From assembly GCA_048938025.1 (NCBI GenBank), contig JBHLMP010000007.1:19881-83880 (forward strand): DNA of 64,000 nucleotides, given 5' to 3'. This document shows positions 1-9,178 of this stretch, in pieces. The DNA is from Promethearchaeota archaeon (GTDB taxonomy: Archaea; Asgardarchaeota; Lokiarchaeia; Sigyniarchaeales; SOKP01). The stretch's first letter is position 1; each line of letters begins with the position of its first letter. The position numbers and the translations under genes are program-made. The notes under the pieces were generated by a model, which made no database searches, was not told where the DNA came from, and saw only the letters and a list, made by a program, of their open reading frames with translations.

Positions 1-1056
1 ATTTAACTCAGAATTTAGGTAAACAACTTCCTGTGCTGTTGAATCCATATATATTGGATCTTTTGACATCCGTTCAATATTATCAGCTAGCTCTAATTGT
101 AATCTGTCTATGATGTTGAAAAATCCAGGATTGAATTTTTTAATGTAATTAAATAATTTATAGATATCTTTTACTGAGAAATACCAAGCGCTTTCCATGA
201 ATACACCTTTCTCAACATCAAAATTATCTGAATTTACATCAATAATTTCTCTTAATTCTTGAATTAATTGTTCTTCTGATAAAACTTCCTGAAATTTCAG
301 ATAATAGAGAAATAGTAGCTTTTCAATAGCAAAAGTAATAGGTAATTCTTCCTCTTCTTGCTCTTTTACTTTTTGAATGAAATCGGGAGTTAAAATTTTA
401 TTTAATTCTGCTAAATATTCGTCCCATTTAAGAAATGTAACTGGATCTAAATGGTTTGATAGGATTTCTGCGAAAAAATTATCCAAAAATAAGGAATGAG
501 TTGTTGGCTTGTAAAAGTCTTGAAGACCATTTACATCATGGATATTGAGGTTTAAACTACGGATTAATATTGATAATCCTAAACCTACTAACGCAAAACC
601 AGCAGCAGCAAATCCTATGTCAAGAACATCAAGGGTTAACATAACTACAAATAATATTATTGCAGTAAAACAAATAAGCGAAATAAATTTTAATAAATTT
701 GTAACTCTTTTAACGCTGCTCGAAAGTAAGCCAAATCCATCAAGACTATCTATTGGTCTCCCCCTCTTTCGTTCAAACTTTAATCTCATTTTAAGAGAGC
801 TTTCGGTAGAACTTGCACCTAGTAATAACATAAAGGAGTTAAATCCATAAATGACTATAACTACTAGATAAATTACTTTTAATGTAAAATCAAGGGCCCC
901 AACTGCAAAAAAAGCAAGAAGTGTAATAATTAACAAGACTATAGGTAATGTGAATAGTAAGAGTTTCCCCACCTTAGAGATGTAACTTATCATTTTACCT
1001 TGAAATCTTTCTTTCTTGATAATTGCCTTTAAATCTCTTTCTAATACGGCTTCCAT
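1..1056 (-). CDS. Hypothetical integral membrane protein (about 4 N-terminal TM helices plus a soluble domain); runs off the window start
   Basis: Not in the ORF track. Hand translation from ATG at 1056 is open to position 1: MEAVLERDLKAIIKKERFQGKM...LLLFTLPIVLLIITLLAFFAVGAL...FISLICFTAIILFVVMLTL...GFAAAGFALVGLGLSILI... Confidence 0.8.
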   Translation of the reverse strand, partial: MEAVLERDLKAIIKKERFQGKMISYISKVGKLLLFTLPIVLLIITLLAFFAVGALDFTLKVIYLVVIVIYGFNSFMLLLGASSTESSLKMRLKFERKRGRPIDSLDGFGLLSSSVKRVTNLLKFISLICFTAIILFVVMLTLDVLDIGFAAAGFALVGLGLSILIRSLNLNIHDVNGLQDFYKPTTHSLFLDNFFAEILSNHLDPVTFLKWDEYLAELNKILTPDFIQKVKEQEEEELPITFAIEKLLFLYYLKFQEVLSEEQLIQELREIIDVNSDNFDVEKGVFMESAWYFSVKDIYKLFNYIKKFNPGFFNIIDRLQLELADNIERMSKDPIYMDSTAQEVVYLNSELN

Positions 1057-1397
1057 ACTATTATCACTTTTTTATGAAATTTGTTATTTGCATTATTACA
1101 GAATTTAAATTTAAATTTTTATAAACATTCTAATGATTTTTAAAATTTTCTATTTTCATCAAAAATTTCTTTAAAAATTTAGTATTCTAATAAATTACAA
1201 GAAAAAAAGTAGAAAAAGTGAAAAAAAAAGATTAAAAATGTTATTTTTTGATCACTTTTTCCTTGGCAGTTTTTGTTGATCTTACGACTTTTTTGTTATC
1301 ATTTTTTTAATAAGGTGAGGAATTAGTAAAAAATAGTGAGAAAAATGTCGATATTCAGTCAAAATGAGAAATGTAAAATCATGAAAAGGGGGAATAA

Positions 1398-1487
1398 TAC
1401 CCTATGAAGATACAAATTCCGGATTCCTTCATGAGAGTTCTTGAAAAAGTCAATCTTCTAAATTTTTGCCTGATAGGGTAAAATCCG
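1398..1487. ncRNA. Candidate structured small RNA (box C/D-like on +; shares motifs with 47502-47570)
   Basis: TACCCTAT (1398-1405) is complementary to ATAGGGTA (1473-1480), flanking ATGAAGA (1404-1410) and CTGA (1470-1473). CGGATT (1420-1425) is complementary to AATCCG (1482-1487). Confidence 0.4.
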
Positions 1488-1580
1488 TAAAGAATTTTAT
1501 CCCAATACATTTAAATATGAAATAGATCTAACTTAAGATAGAATTAAAAATATTAAAAATTAGAAAAAAAACAAATAAAA

Positions 1581-1934
1581 GTGAAAAATATGGAAATGCT
1601 AAAAATTAAAGAAAAAGTAATGGCATTAACTGATGAAAAAATTAAAGAGATATATTCATATGCAAATAAGGTTAGTATGGATACAATAGAAGATTTGGCA
1701 CCTGGTTTATTAAAGATTTGTTTAACTGCTGAAAAGGGAGAATTAAAGAATGAACTAGGTAGAGTTATTTTCCATTTACAAAAAAATGAGCGCCTTGATA
1801 CTAGAATTGGTCTTGAAAAACTATTGGATGGTGCTTTAAGAGTTAATGCTGAAAAAGTATTTACACTCCTTGAATCCTCTGAACCTGATGCTCAAGGATT
1901 AGCTAAAGATATAAAAGGAATTTTAAAGGAATAA
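1581..1934 (+). CDS. Hypothetical helical protein
   Basis: 117-aa ORF of normal composition, followed by a T9 run. Confidence 0.7.
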   Translation: MKNMEMLKIKEKVMALTDEKIKEIYSYANKVSMDTIEDLAPGLLKICLTAEKGELKNELGRVIFHLQKNERLDTRIGLEKLLDGALRVNAEKVFTLLESSEPDAQGLAKDIKGILKE

Positions 1935-1935
1935 G

Positions 1936-1944
1936 TTTTTTTTT
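1936..1944 (+). terminator. Putative archaeal oligo-T terminator
   Basis: T9 directly after the stop at 1934. Confidence 0.35.
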
Positions 1945-1965
1945 ATTACTTCATTTTATTTTTAT

Positions 1966-2247
1966 ATGTCAGAATTCAAAAGCGAATCTGATATAGATAA
2001 AGCTTGGGAATACTACGAAAAAATTAGAGATGCACTAAACGGACTCTTTGAGATTTTAAGCATGAGTTTAGATGAGGATAATATTTTTTATCAGTTTGGT
2101 GTAGATAATTTAGTAAACTTAAAAGAAACGATAATTGATTTATTAAAACAGGATTATAATCCTGCTGAAATAAAAAGAAAGTTGAGAGATTTAGAATTTG
2201 ATATAAAGAAAGGGCTTTTTTTTGATAAAAGTCAAGAAGAACTATAA
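1966..2247 (+). CDS. Hypothetical acidic helical protein
   Basis: 93-aa ORF co-oriented with its neighbours. Confidence 0.7.
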   Translation: MSEFKSESDIDKAWEYYEKIRDALNGLFEILSMSLDEDNIFYQFGVDNLVNLKETIIDLLKQDYNPAEIKRKLRDLEFDIKKGLFFDKSQEEL

Positions 2248-2409
2248 ATTAAGTAGTAAATTTCTTTTGACGCTTAAATAATGGACTATATATAATTTTC
2301 ATTAAGAAGAATTTTTATCTACAGTAAGGTTATAAAATTAAAAGTTATCCAAATATAGATTCTATATTGATTAATTTCAATTTGATATGATCAATTTAAA
2401 GCTGGTATT

Positions 2410-3381
2410 ATGAGCGAAATAGAAGATTCTGTAATGATTGAGATTAAAGATCTTAAAAAGCATTTTAGAGAAGTGAAAGCTGTTAATGGTGTATCATTGA
2501 AAATTAAGAAGGGGGAATTATTTAGTATACTTGGTCCTAATGGTGCAGGAAAGACAACATTGGTCCGGATGTTAACAACTGTTTTGACACCTACCTCTGG
2601 AGATGCCATAATTAAGGGATATAGCATTTTAAAAGGAAAAAATGAGATTGTTAAAATTATTGGTGTATGTCCTCAAGAAATTACGATCTATGAAGTATTA
2701 AGAGCTGAAGAGAATGTTGAATTTGTTGCTAGTATGCATGGAATCTCACGTAAAGAAGCAAGAGAGAAGGCAAAAAAATTATTGGGAAAATTTGGGATAG
2801 CAGGGAGGAAAGATTGGTCAAGAAACTTCTCAGGTGGTATGCAAAGACGTTTAAATCTCGCAATGGCTTTGGTATTCGATCCTGAGATTTTATTCCTTGA
2901 TGAACCTACAGCTGGCCTTGATCCTCAAGCAAGACGGCTTGTTTGGGACTTCATACAAGATTTGAAGAAAGAGGATATTACTATTATTTTAATGACGCAT
3001 GATATGGTTGAAGCTGATTCTCTTAGTGATCGAGTTGCGATATTAGACCAGGGAAAAGTTATTGCTTTAGGCACTCCTACTGAACTTAAAGAGAAATATG
3101 GAAGTGATAATGTGCTAGAAGTATCTTTTTTTGAACAGGATGATCTTGAAATGGCAAAAAAAAATCTAGAGCAAATTTCATTAGCTACCAATTGGACAGA
3201 AATTAGTAGGAAGGAAAGAAACATATTATTAATTTCTTTTCAAGGTGGCTTAAAAAATCTTGTTCAAATCCTTCAACAAGGAATTATAAACAATATTAAT
3301 GAGGTTGAAAATATGAAATTTCGGCAAAATTCCCTTGAAGATGTATTTTTAAATTTAACTGGAAGGAGGTTAAGAGATTAA
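2410..3381 (+). CDS. ABC exporter ATP-binding subunit (DrrA/NodI-like)
   Basis: Walker A GPNGAGKT, signature FSGGMQRR, Walker B LFLDEPT, H-loop TH, C-terminal SLEDVFL. Confidence 0.95.
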   Translation: MSEIEDSVMIEIKDLKKHFREVKAVNGVSLKIKKGELFSILGPNGAGKTTLVRMLTTVLTPTSGDAIIKGYSILKGKNEIVKIIGVCPQEITIYEVLRAEENVEFVASMHGISRKEAREKAKKLLGKFGIAGRKDWSRNFSGGMQRRLNLAMALVFDPEILFLDEPTAGLDPQARRLVWDFIQDLKKEDITIILMTHDMVEADSLSDRVAILDQGKVIALGTPTELKEKYGSDNVLEVSFFEQDDLEMAKKNLEQISLATNWTEISRKERNILLISFQGGLKNLVQILQQGIINNINEVENMKFRQNSLEDVFLNLTGRRLRD

Positions 3382-3382
3382 T

Positions 3383-4183
3383 TTGACTTTATTAGATAAT
3401 AAAGCAATTCAAATATCTATAAAGAATTTAAAAGATAAATTACGACATTGGCAATTTTTATTCTTTTCACTTTTACTTCCGATCATGTTTACAGTTATGT
3501 TTTATTTTATGCTTGGTAATGAAGAGGATCCTACTGGCAGAACTGGTTTTGATTATGGTTTTCCAGGTATGATAATGTATGCCGTCGGTATAGGAACTAT
3601 GAATGCTGCTATTATGTTTGCTCAAGATAAGAAATCAGGTATGCTAAGTCGTTTAGATACAATGCCTACTGGTAGGAAAAATATGTTTTTAGGGGCACTT
3701 ATCTCTGAATCTCTCTACTTGATGCTTCAGATTCTTATAATGTTTATTATAGGGTATGCAATTCTTGGCTTGTATTTTGTAAACCCATTAGCTCTATTTA
3801 TTGGGTTTTTAATTACTGTTGTATTTGGGATTTCTTCGGTTGGAATGGGGATAATGATTGCAAGTGTATCAAAAACTGTTGAAATAGCTAATGCGTTTTC
3901 GTTAGTAGTATATATGGTACTAATTTTTCTTTCTGGAAGCTTGATGCCTTTTGAAAGTCCTATAGTATATTTTTTACCACCATATTGGGCAAAACAATTA
4001 TTTCTACAAATCACTGTTATGGGCGATGGGTTTAGTGATAATTTATATAGTAGTTCATTGATAGGCCAAGGAGCGAAAGCTATTCCAATTACTCTATGGG
4101 GTGGACTTTTAATTGTATGTGCATTTACTATTGCCTTCACATTATTGGGTGTTTTACTATTTCAGAAAAAGACAAAATTTTAG
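3383..4183 (+). CDS. ABC-2 type permease
   Basis: About 6 hydrophobic segments, RLDTMP motif, starts 1 nt after the ATPase stop. Confidence 0.9.
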   Translation: MTLLDNKAIQISIKNLKDKLRHWQFLFFSLLLPIMFTVMFYFMLGNEEDPTGRTGFDYGFPGMIMYAVGIGTMNAAIMFAQDKKSGMLSRLDTMPTGRKNMFLGALISESLYLMLQILIMFIIGYAILGLYFVNPLALFIGFLITVVFGISSVGMGIMIASVSKTVEIANAFSLVVYMVLIFLSGSLMPFESPIVYFLPPYWAKQLFLQITVMGDGFSDNLYSSSLIGQGAKAIPITLWGGLLIVCAFTIAFTLLGVLLFQKKTKF

Positions 4184-4281
4184 AAATTTTTTCTATATTA
4201 TTACTTATTTTTTTGATATCGTAAAATAGAAATTGCTTAGAAATTTTCCTTATTAAAGCAAAAAAATGATATGGTAATAAA

Positions 4282-5304
4282 TTGTATAACTTTAAATTCG
4301 AAGTAACTGAAATCGAAGGAGTCTTTCAATTTAAAATTGACGTTCCATTTGCGGTTAAATTTGTATGCCTTTATCTCTTCAAATTAGACGAAAAAGTAAT
4401 TCTAATTGACGCAGGCTTAAATATGGGTAATTGGAAAAGATTATTTTTTAAAGCTTTAAAAGAGGTAAATCTATCGATTAATGATATTGATTATTGTTTT
4501 ATAACCCATATCCATTTGGATCATATGGGTTTAGCAAAAACCTTGAAAAGAAAAAATCCAAATCTTAAGATTCTAATGCATGATATTACCAATCAATTAA
4601 TGAAATGGGAGACTGACCAAGCAGATTTTAAAGAGTTAGAGCAAGAAGCTATAAAAGTTTCTAATGAATTGATAAGATATGGAATTAGCGAAGAACAAGG
4701 AAAAAAAGTTATTCAATTTTTCACATATTGGCCAAAATTTCTGCAATATCAAGAGCCAGATATTGTTTTACATGATGGAGATAAACTCTTAAACAATTTA
4801 AAAATTATTTGGACACCAGGCCATAGCTTCGGTCATATTTGTATTTTTGATGAAAATAAGCGATTTTTGTTTTCTGGTGACCATATTCTTTCCAGAATCA
4901 CTCCTCATATTGGAAATTTTGTAGTTCCTTCTGATCTGGCAGAAAAGTATAAAGAATACAATTTTAATAATATTTTAAAGCACTATTTAGAGTCCTTGGA
5001 TAGAATAGATAAATTGAATCCAGAAATAATTTTCCCTGCACACCAAGAGATAATATATAACCCCCATGAAAGAATTTTAGCAATTAAAGAACATCATAAA
5101 AATAGGTTATTTGAGATTTCAAGTGTAATTAAAAATAATCCGCGCACACCTTTTGAAATCTCTAAAATTCACTTTGGTGAGGATTTGGATGACATGAATT
5201 CATTTATGGCACTAAGTGAAGTTTTAGGTCATTTGTTTTATCTCGAAAATGAAGGGAAAATCCAGAAAATTGAAAAAAATGGAAAGCTCTATTATAAGAG
5301 TTAA
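4282..5304 (+). CDS. Metallo-beta-lactamase fold hydrolase with C-terminal winged helix
   Basis: THIHLDHMG, TPGHS, SGDH and PAH motifs. Confidence 0.9.
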   Translation: MYNFKFEVTEIEGVFQFKIDVPFAVKFVCLYLFKLDEKVILIDAGLNMGNWKRLFFKALKEVNLSINDIDYCFITHIHLDHMGLAKTLKRKNPNLKILMHDITNQLMKWETDQADFKELEQEAIKVSNELIRYGISEEQGKKVIQFFTYWPKFLQYQEPDIVLHDGDKLLNNLKIIWTPGHSFGHICIFDENKRFLFSGDHILSRITPHIGNFVVPSDLAEKYKEYNFNNILKHYLESLDRIDKLNPEIIFPAHQEIIYNPHERILAIKEHHKNRLFEISSVIKNNPRTPFEISKIHFGEDLDDMNSFMALSEVLGHLFYLENEGKIQKIEKNGKLYYKS

Positions 5305-5342
5305 AAAATTATATTATAAATAATAAAATGTAAGTGGATTAA

Positions 5343-5461
5343 ATGATATCATGGATAAATTTCATTGTAATGACACTTTCTAGTTTATTATGTAGTTTTT
5401 TTATATTAAAAGTGTACAACCGGCAGCTCTGGAGAAGAAGAATAAAATTTGTTTAAGATAA
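5343..5461 (+). pseudogene. 5' relic of a membrane-protein gene (possibly isoprenylcysteine carboxylmethyltransferase family), frameshifted and truncated
   Basis: MISWINFIVMTLSSLLCSFF, then a -1 shift in the T7 run at 5396-5402 gives YIKSVQPAALEKK before a stop at 5459-5461. Family recalled from memory only. Confidence 0.4.
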
Positions 5462-5932
5462 TTATATACTTTTATTACCATTTTTAATGGTTTTAAGACA
5501 AACACAAACCCTCTCAACACTTTTCACATCGCTTCTACCTCGAAAGTTTTCTATTAGCGCGTCAAGTTCTGTTATCTCTGGAACATTAACTTTTATTAAA
5601 ATCCCACATTCTCCAGCTAAAAAATATACTTCTTCACATTGAGGTATTAGTTGAGTTTCTCTGATCAATTCTTTTAATTCGGACTGATTCTTAGGTATTA
5701 AAGTTATAAACGCATAAATACACCTCTCTTCTTCACGGCACACTTTTATAGTAAATTTTTCTATCACTCCATCTTCTTGAAGTTTTACAATTCTTTTTCT
5801 TACTGTGGATTCTGATAAAGGTATTCCTTCTTCTGCTAATAATTCTGCTATATCTTTATAAGGTCTTCGTGAATCCTCTATAAGCATTTCTAATATTCTT
5901 TTATCTTTCTCATCCAGATTTTTCATAATCAA
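5462..5932 (-). CDS. Lrp/AsnC family transcriptional regulator
   Basis: LDEKDKRILEML...SESTVRKRIVKL..DGVI HTH plus RAM domain. Confidence 0.92.
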   Translation of the reverse strand: MIMKNLDEKDKRILEMLIEDSRRPYKDIAELLAEEGIPLSESTVRKRIVKLQEDGVIEKFTIKVCREEERCIYAFITLIPKNQSELKELIRETQLIPQCEEVYFLAGECGILIKVNVPEITELDALIENFRGRSDVKSVERVCVCLKTIKNGNKSI

Positions 5933-6036
5933 CCCTCTTTAATAATGATCAATTATTTATAATTCCAATGCAATTTATAAAAAAATTTATTTTTTAATAT
6001 AAAAAAATTGTTTCTGTTAGATAATATCACCATTTT

Positions 6037-6975
6037 TCAGAAATCTTTAAGTAAGGGTCCAAATAATCTCTCATATTCTACAGCCATACAATGTATTCCT
6101 GCTGCTTTAGTGTTCTTCTTAATCTCCTTAATGAATGGTTCAAAGTACTCAAGATTTATTTTATCGATTGCAGCATATTTCGCTGACTTATTTCCTTTAT
6201 TTTCTTTTTCTGCAGTTTTTAGTGATTTAAGTAGATCTTTCGGAACAGAAACGCCTGGTATGAATTGATCAAAATACCAAGCTATCCCATATGATTTTAA
6301 AGGGAAAACACCAAGTAATACGGGTACATTGAATTGCTCCAAGTCCTTTAGGAAATCCTTTGCTTCATCAACTTCAAAGGCAGTTTGGGTTTGGATAAAA
6401 TCAATACCTTGTTCTACTTTACGCCCAACCTTTAGGATTTCCGGTTCTCTAGGATTGCTATTGGGATTGGCAACACATCCAAAATTCATTTCTATTTTAC
6501 CTCCTTCAAGTTCATTACCTTCATAATCAGTACCTTCATCTATCATTATAGAAAGCATCTCTGCAAACTGTGTACTATCAATATCATACACTGGTCGACT
6601 TCGTTTATGATCTCCTAATGCTGTGTGGTCTCCAGTGAGTGTTAGGATATTTTTTAACCCTAAAACAGCTCCTGCTATTACATCTCCAAAGAGTGCAATA
6701 CGATTACGATCACGAACAGTTACTTGCCATACTGCTTCCATACCTACCTTTTCTTGAACCAAATAGCTTGGTACTAATGATGACATATATGCATCGCCTT
6801 GGGGTCCATCTGTTACATTTGCAGCTACTATCTTACCAGTTTTCTTCATTTCTTCAGCAGAATGTAAGATTTCACTTAAATCCAAGATCTTTTTAGGTTC
6901 CAACTCACCAGTGAACACAAATTTTCCTTTTTCAATAGCTTTGCATAAATTACTATATGCTGGTCTTTTTGCCAT
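6037..6975 (-). CDS. metF: Methylenetetrahydrofolate reductase, flavin subunit MetF
   Basis: TGELEP, NVTD, RDRNRIAL, LTGDH, FIQTQ and GIHCM motifs. Confidence 0.9.
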   Translation of the reverse strand: MAKRPAYSNLCKAIEKGKFVFTGELEPKKILDLSEILHSAEEMKKTGKIVAANVTDGPQGDAYMSSLVPSYLVQEKVGMEAVWQVTVRDRNRIALFGDVIAGAVLGLKNILTLTGDHTALGDHKRSRPVYDIDSTQFAEMLSIMIDEGTDYEGNELEGGKIEMNFGCVANPNSNPREPEILKVGRKVEQGIDFIQTQTAFEVDEAKDFLKDLEQFNVPVLLGVFPLKSYGIAWYFDQFIPGVSVPKDLLKSLKTAEKENKGNKSAKYAAIDKINLEYFEPFIKEIKKNTKAAGIHCMAVEYERLFGPLLKDF

Positions 6976-7674
6976 TTATACTTCCCCCTCCTTTTTTTCC
7001 TCTTCTTCATTGGTATATTCCTTATAAATTTCCATATATCCTGGACTTGTCGATAACCGGAAATCTCTTGGACCTCTATATTTTTTAAACAGATCAAGTC
7101 TATTAAATTCTTTCAACCTTTCCCACATTCGAACCCATGCACAAGGTATTGTATATCCTCCTACTTCACACATACCATCAACCATACCACCACATGGACC
7201 ATTGCTCAAATGTTTTGCACATCCAGCACGTGGACATATTCCACCTGTCTCTCCAATTATACATTCTCCACAAGTTTCACACATTTCAATGAAGTTATTT
7301 TCGCTATTGTACTGAGTACCTCCGAAGTGACTATTTTGAGCTGGAAATGTAAGAATACTAGTTAGGATTTTATTCATCATTACAACTCCAAGACCACACG
7401 CCAATGAAACAATAGCTTCATATTCGTCTACAAAAGGTCTTGTTGTTGTTGCAGCAATTCTATCATCACATTGTCTGAGGACAGTTATGGCTTTCCATTT
7501 TAGATCTTTCCCTTCAGTACGTGCTTTTAATTCTAAGAGTTGGCCTAAAAGCTTTGCTTCATTAATAGAACGTGGAGGTTGGCAACAGCCATCACACCCT
7601 GCAATTAAAATTTTATTATATGGTTTTATCATTTCGTATATTTCGTTTATATCCTTTAGTTGTGTAATTATCAT
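6976..7674 (-). CDS. metV: MetV (MTHFR-associated Fe-S/Zn subunit)
   Basis: GCDGC, RQCD, SLACGLG, CETCGEC..TGGICP..CAK.LSNGPCGG...CEV...CAW; abuts metF. Confidence 0.88.
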   Translation of the reverse strand: MIITQLKDINEIYEMIKPYNKILIAGCDGCCQPPRSINEAKLLGQLLELKARTEGKDLKWKAITVLRQCDDRIAATTTRPFVDEYEAIVSLACGLGVVMMNKILTSILTFPAQNSHFGGTQYNSENNFIEMCETCGECIIGETGGICPRAGCAKHLSNGPCGGMVDGMCEVGGYTIPCAWVRMWERLKEFNRLDLFKKYRGPRDFRLSTSPGYMEIYKEYTNEEEEKKEGEV

Positions 7675-7761
7675 CTTACAAAACTCCTATTTTTTCCATA
7701 TTTCTTTTTTTTCTTAAATTTGATTCTTTAAATAACTTAAAAATTTTAAAAATCACATTAA

Positions 7762-8643
7762 TTAGGTAGTTAATTTTTCAATTAACTTAGTTGGTTTAAC
7801 ACTTCTATTTTTCAGATTGAGCTCTTCTAATTCTATACCTAAAGCAATCGCCATCAGTTCTGGTAAATAAAGAACTGGAATATCCAAGTCTTTATCTGTT
7901 CTACGTGAGATTATTTTCTCCTTTCTATCATATTGCGTTACGCAAGCGGGGCAAACTGCAATTAATGCATCAATATCTTCTTCAAGTTCACATAATTCTG
8001 TCATTTTATCTTCAACTAATTTTTCTCCTATTTCATCTTGTAGTCGAGCACAATAACCACAGCACTCAAGTTTACTAGCAAAATCAATTGTTTTGGCACC
8101 AAGAGTTTTAAGTATGAGATCAATTTTTTCAGGTTTTTCTGGATGATCAAATCTCATTATTTTACTTGGCCTAATTAAGTGGCAGCCATAGTGTACAGCA
8201 AGGGTTAAATCATCTAACGGTTTGACGACTAAGCTTTTTATCTTTTCAAGCCAATCTGGTTGCGTAAATACTTCAACAAAATGATATACTTTAGTTTTTC
8301 CAGCATAATTATAATTTATCTTCTTTAAGATGCCATTTATTTTTTCTAAGTACTCTCTATCTTCTTCCAATAGGACGCTAACTGTTTTTAGCGTTTCATA
8401 ACAACCAGAACAGATTGTTAAAACATCTAAACCCATTTTCTCTGCAATTGATAAGTTTCTAGCTCCAAGAGTCATCCATGTGTCTATATTTAACGATTGC
8501 ATTGCCACAGGCTCTGGGCAGCAGCTTACACCTTCCATCTCCTTTAACTTTACATTTAAGATATTAGCAACTTGTCGAAAAGCTTTTTCAAAATGTGGAA
8601 GCTTTAAAGGGATTGTACATCCTAAAAACATAGCAAACTCCAT
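7762..8643 (-). CDS. hdrB: Heterodisulfide reductase subunit B
   Basis: FLGC, SCCP, CSGC, HYGCH, CCG and CPAC cysteine motifs. Confidence 0.92.
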   Translation of the reverse strand: MEFAMFLGCTIPLKLPHFEKAFRQVANILNVKLKEMEGVSCCPEPVAMQSLNIDTWMTLGARNLSIAEKMGLDVLTICSGCYETLKTVSVLLEEDREYLEKINGILKKINYNYAGKTKVYHFVEVFTQPDWLEKIKSLVVKPLDDLTLAVHYGCHLIRPSKIMRFDHPEKPEKIDLILKTLGAKTIDFASKLECCGYCARLQDEIGEKLVEDKMTELCELEEDIDALIAVCPACVTQYDRKEKIISRRTDKDLDIPVLYLPELMAIALGIELEELNLKNRSVKPTKLIEKLTT

Positions 8644-8645
8644 TG

Positions 8646-9176
8646 TTAATCATCCTCCTTTTTTTTTACGAGGTCTCCTAATCCCGTTTCTTCAATAATA
8701 AATCTAATTTCATCTAGGTTTGGCGGAACAATTTCTGGTAAGCCCATTCTATTTCTTCTTTTATTGATGTTATCTTTTAATCCTCCGGTGTAAGGAACAA
8801 CAAAGCCGTTGTCATAGAGAACCTCAACCGTACCGGAATACTCTTTAGGTATTTTACCCTCCTTAACTGCCATATTTCGCAAAAGAGCCAAAATAAAGGA
8901 ATAATCCACATTTTTTGGGCATCTTTCAGTACATCTATGACATAAGGAACACGTCCAGATTGCTTGACTTGATAGTACTTCCTTCCTTAAACCTAAGAGA
9001 CATGAAGCAACAACTCTGTGGGGTTGCATGTCTACATATTCAGTAACTGTGCAACCAGAACTGCATACTCCACATTGTATGCATTTTAATAGGGATTTAG
9101 CACCTACTTTTTCACTAATTTCGTAGCGAAAATTCCTATCTAAATCGCTGGCATTTTTTTTAATCATTTCAGTCAT
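8646..9176 (-). CDS. hdrC: Heterodisulfide reductase subunit C
   Basis: CIQCGVCSSGC and CSLCHRCTERCP 2x[4Fe-4S] motifs. Confidence 0.92.
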   Translation of the reverse strand: MTEMIKKNASDLDRNFRYEISEKVGAKSLLKCIQCGVCSSGCTVTEYVDMQPHRVVASCLLGLRKEVLSSQAIWTCSLCHRCTERCPKNVDYSFILALLRNMAVKEGKIPKEYSGTVEVLYDNGFVVPYTGGLKDNINKRRNRMGLPEIVPPNLDEIRFIIEETGLGDLVKKKEDD

Positions 9177-9178
9177 TT

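Noticed and set aside
545-850. 101-aa plus-strand ORF and the many other short antisense ORFs in the track (e.g. 3727-4140, 12074-12493, 17154-17549, 41799-42167, 57691-58068)
   Set aside because: Shadow frames opposite well-supported genes, with no motifs.
5365-5419. Hairpin ACACTTT/AAAGTGT preceded by ATGA, SECIS-like
   Set aside because: No GA on the 3' strand, no selenoprotein nearby, and the region is better explained as a gene relic.
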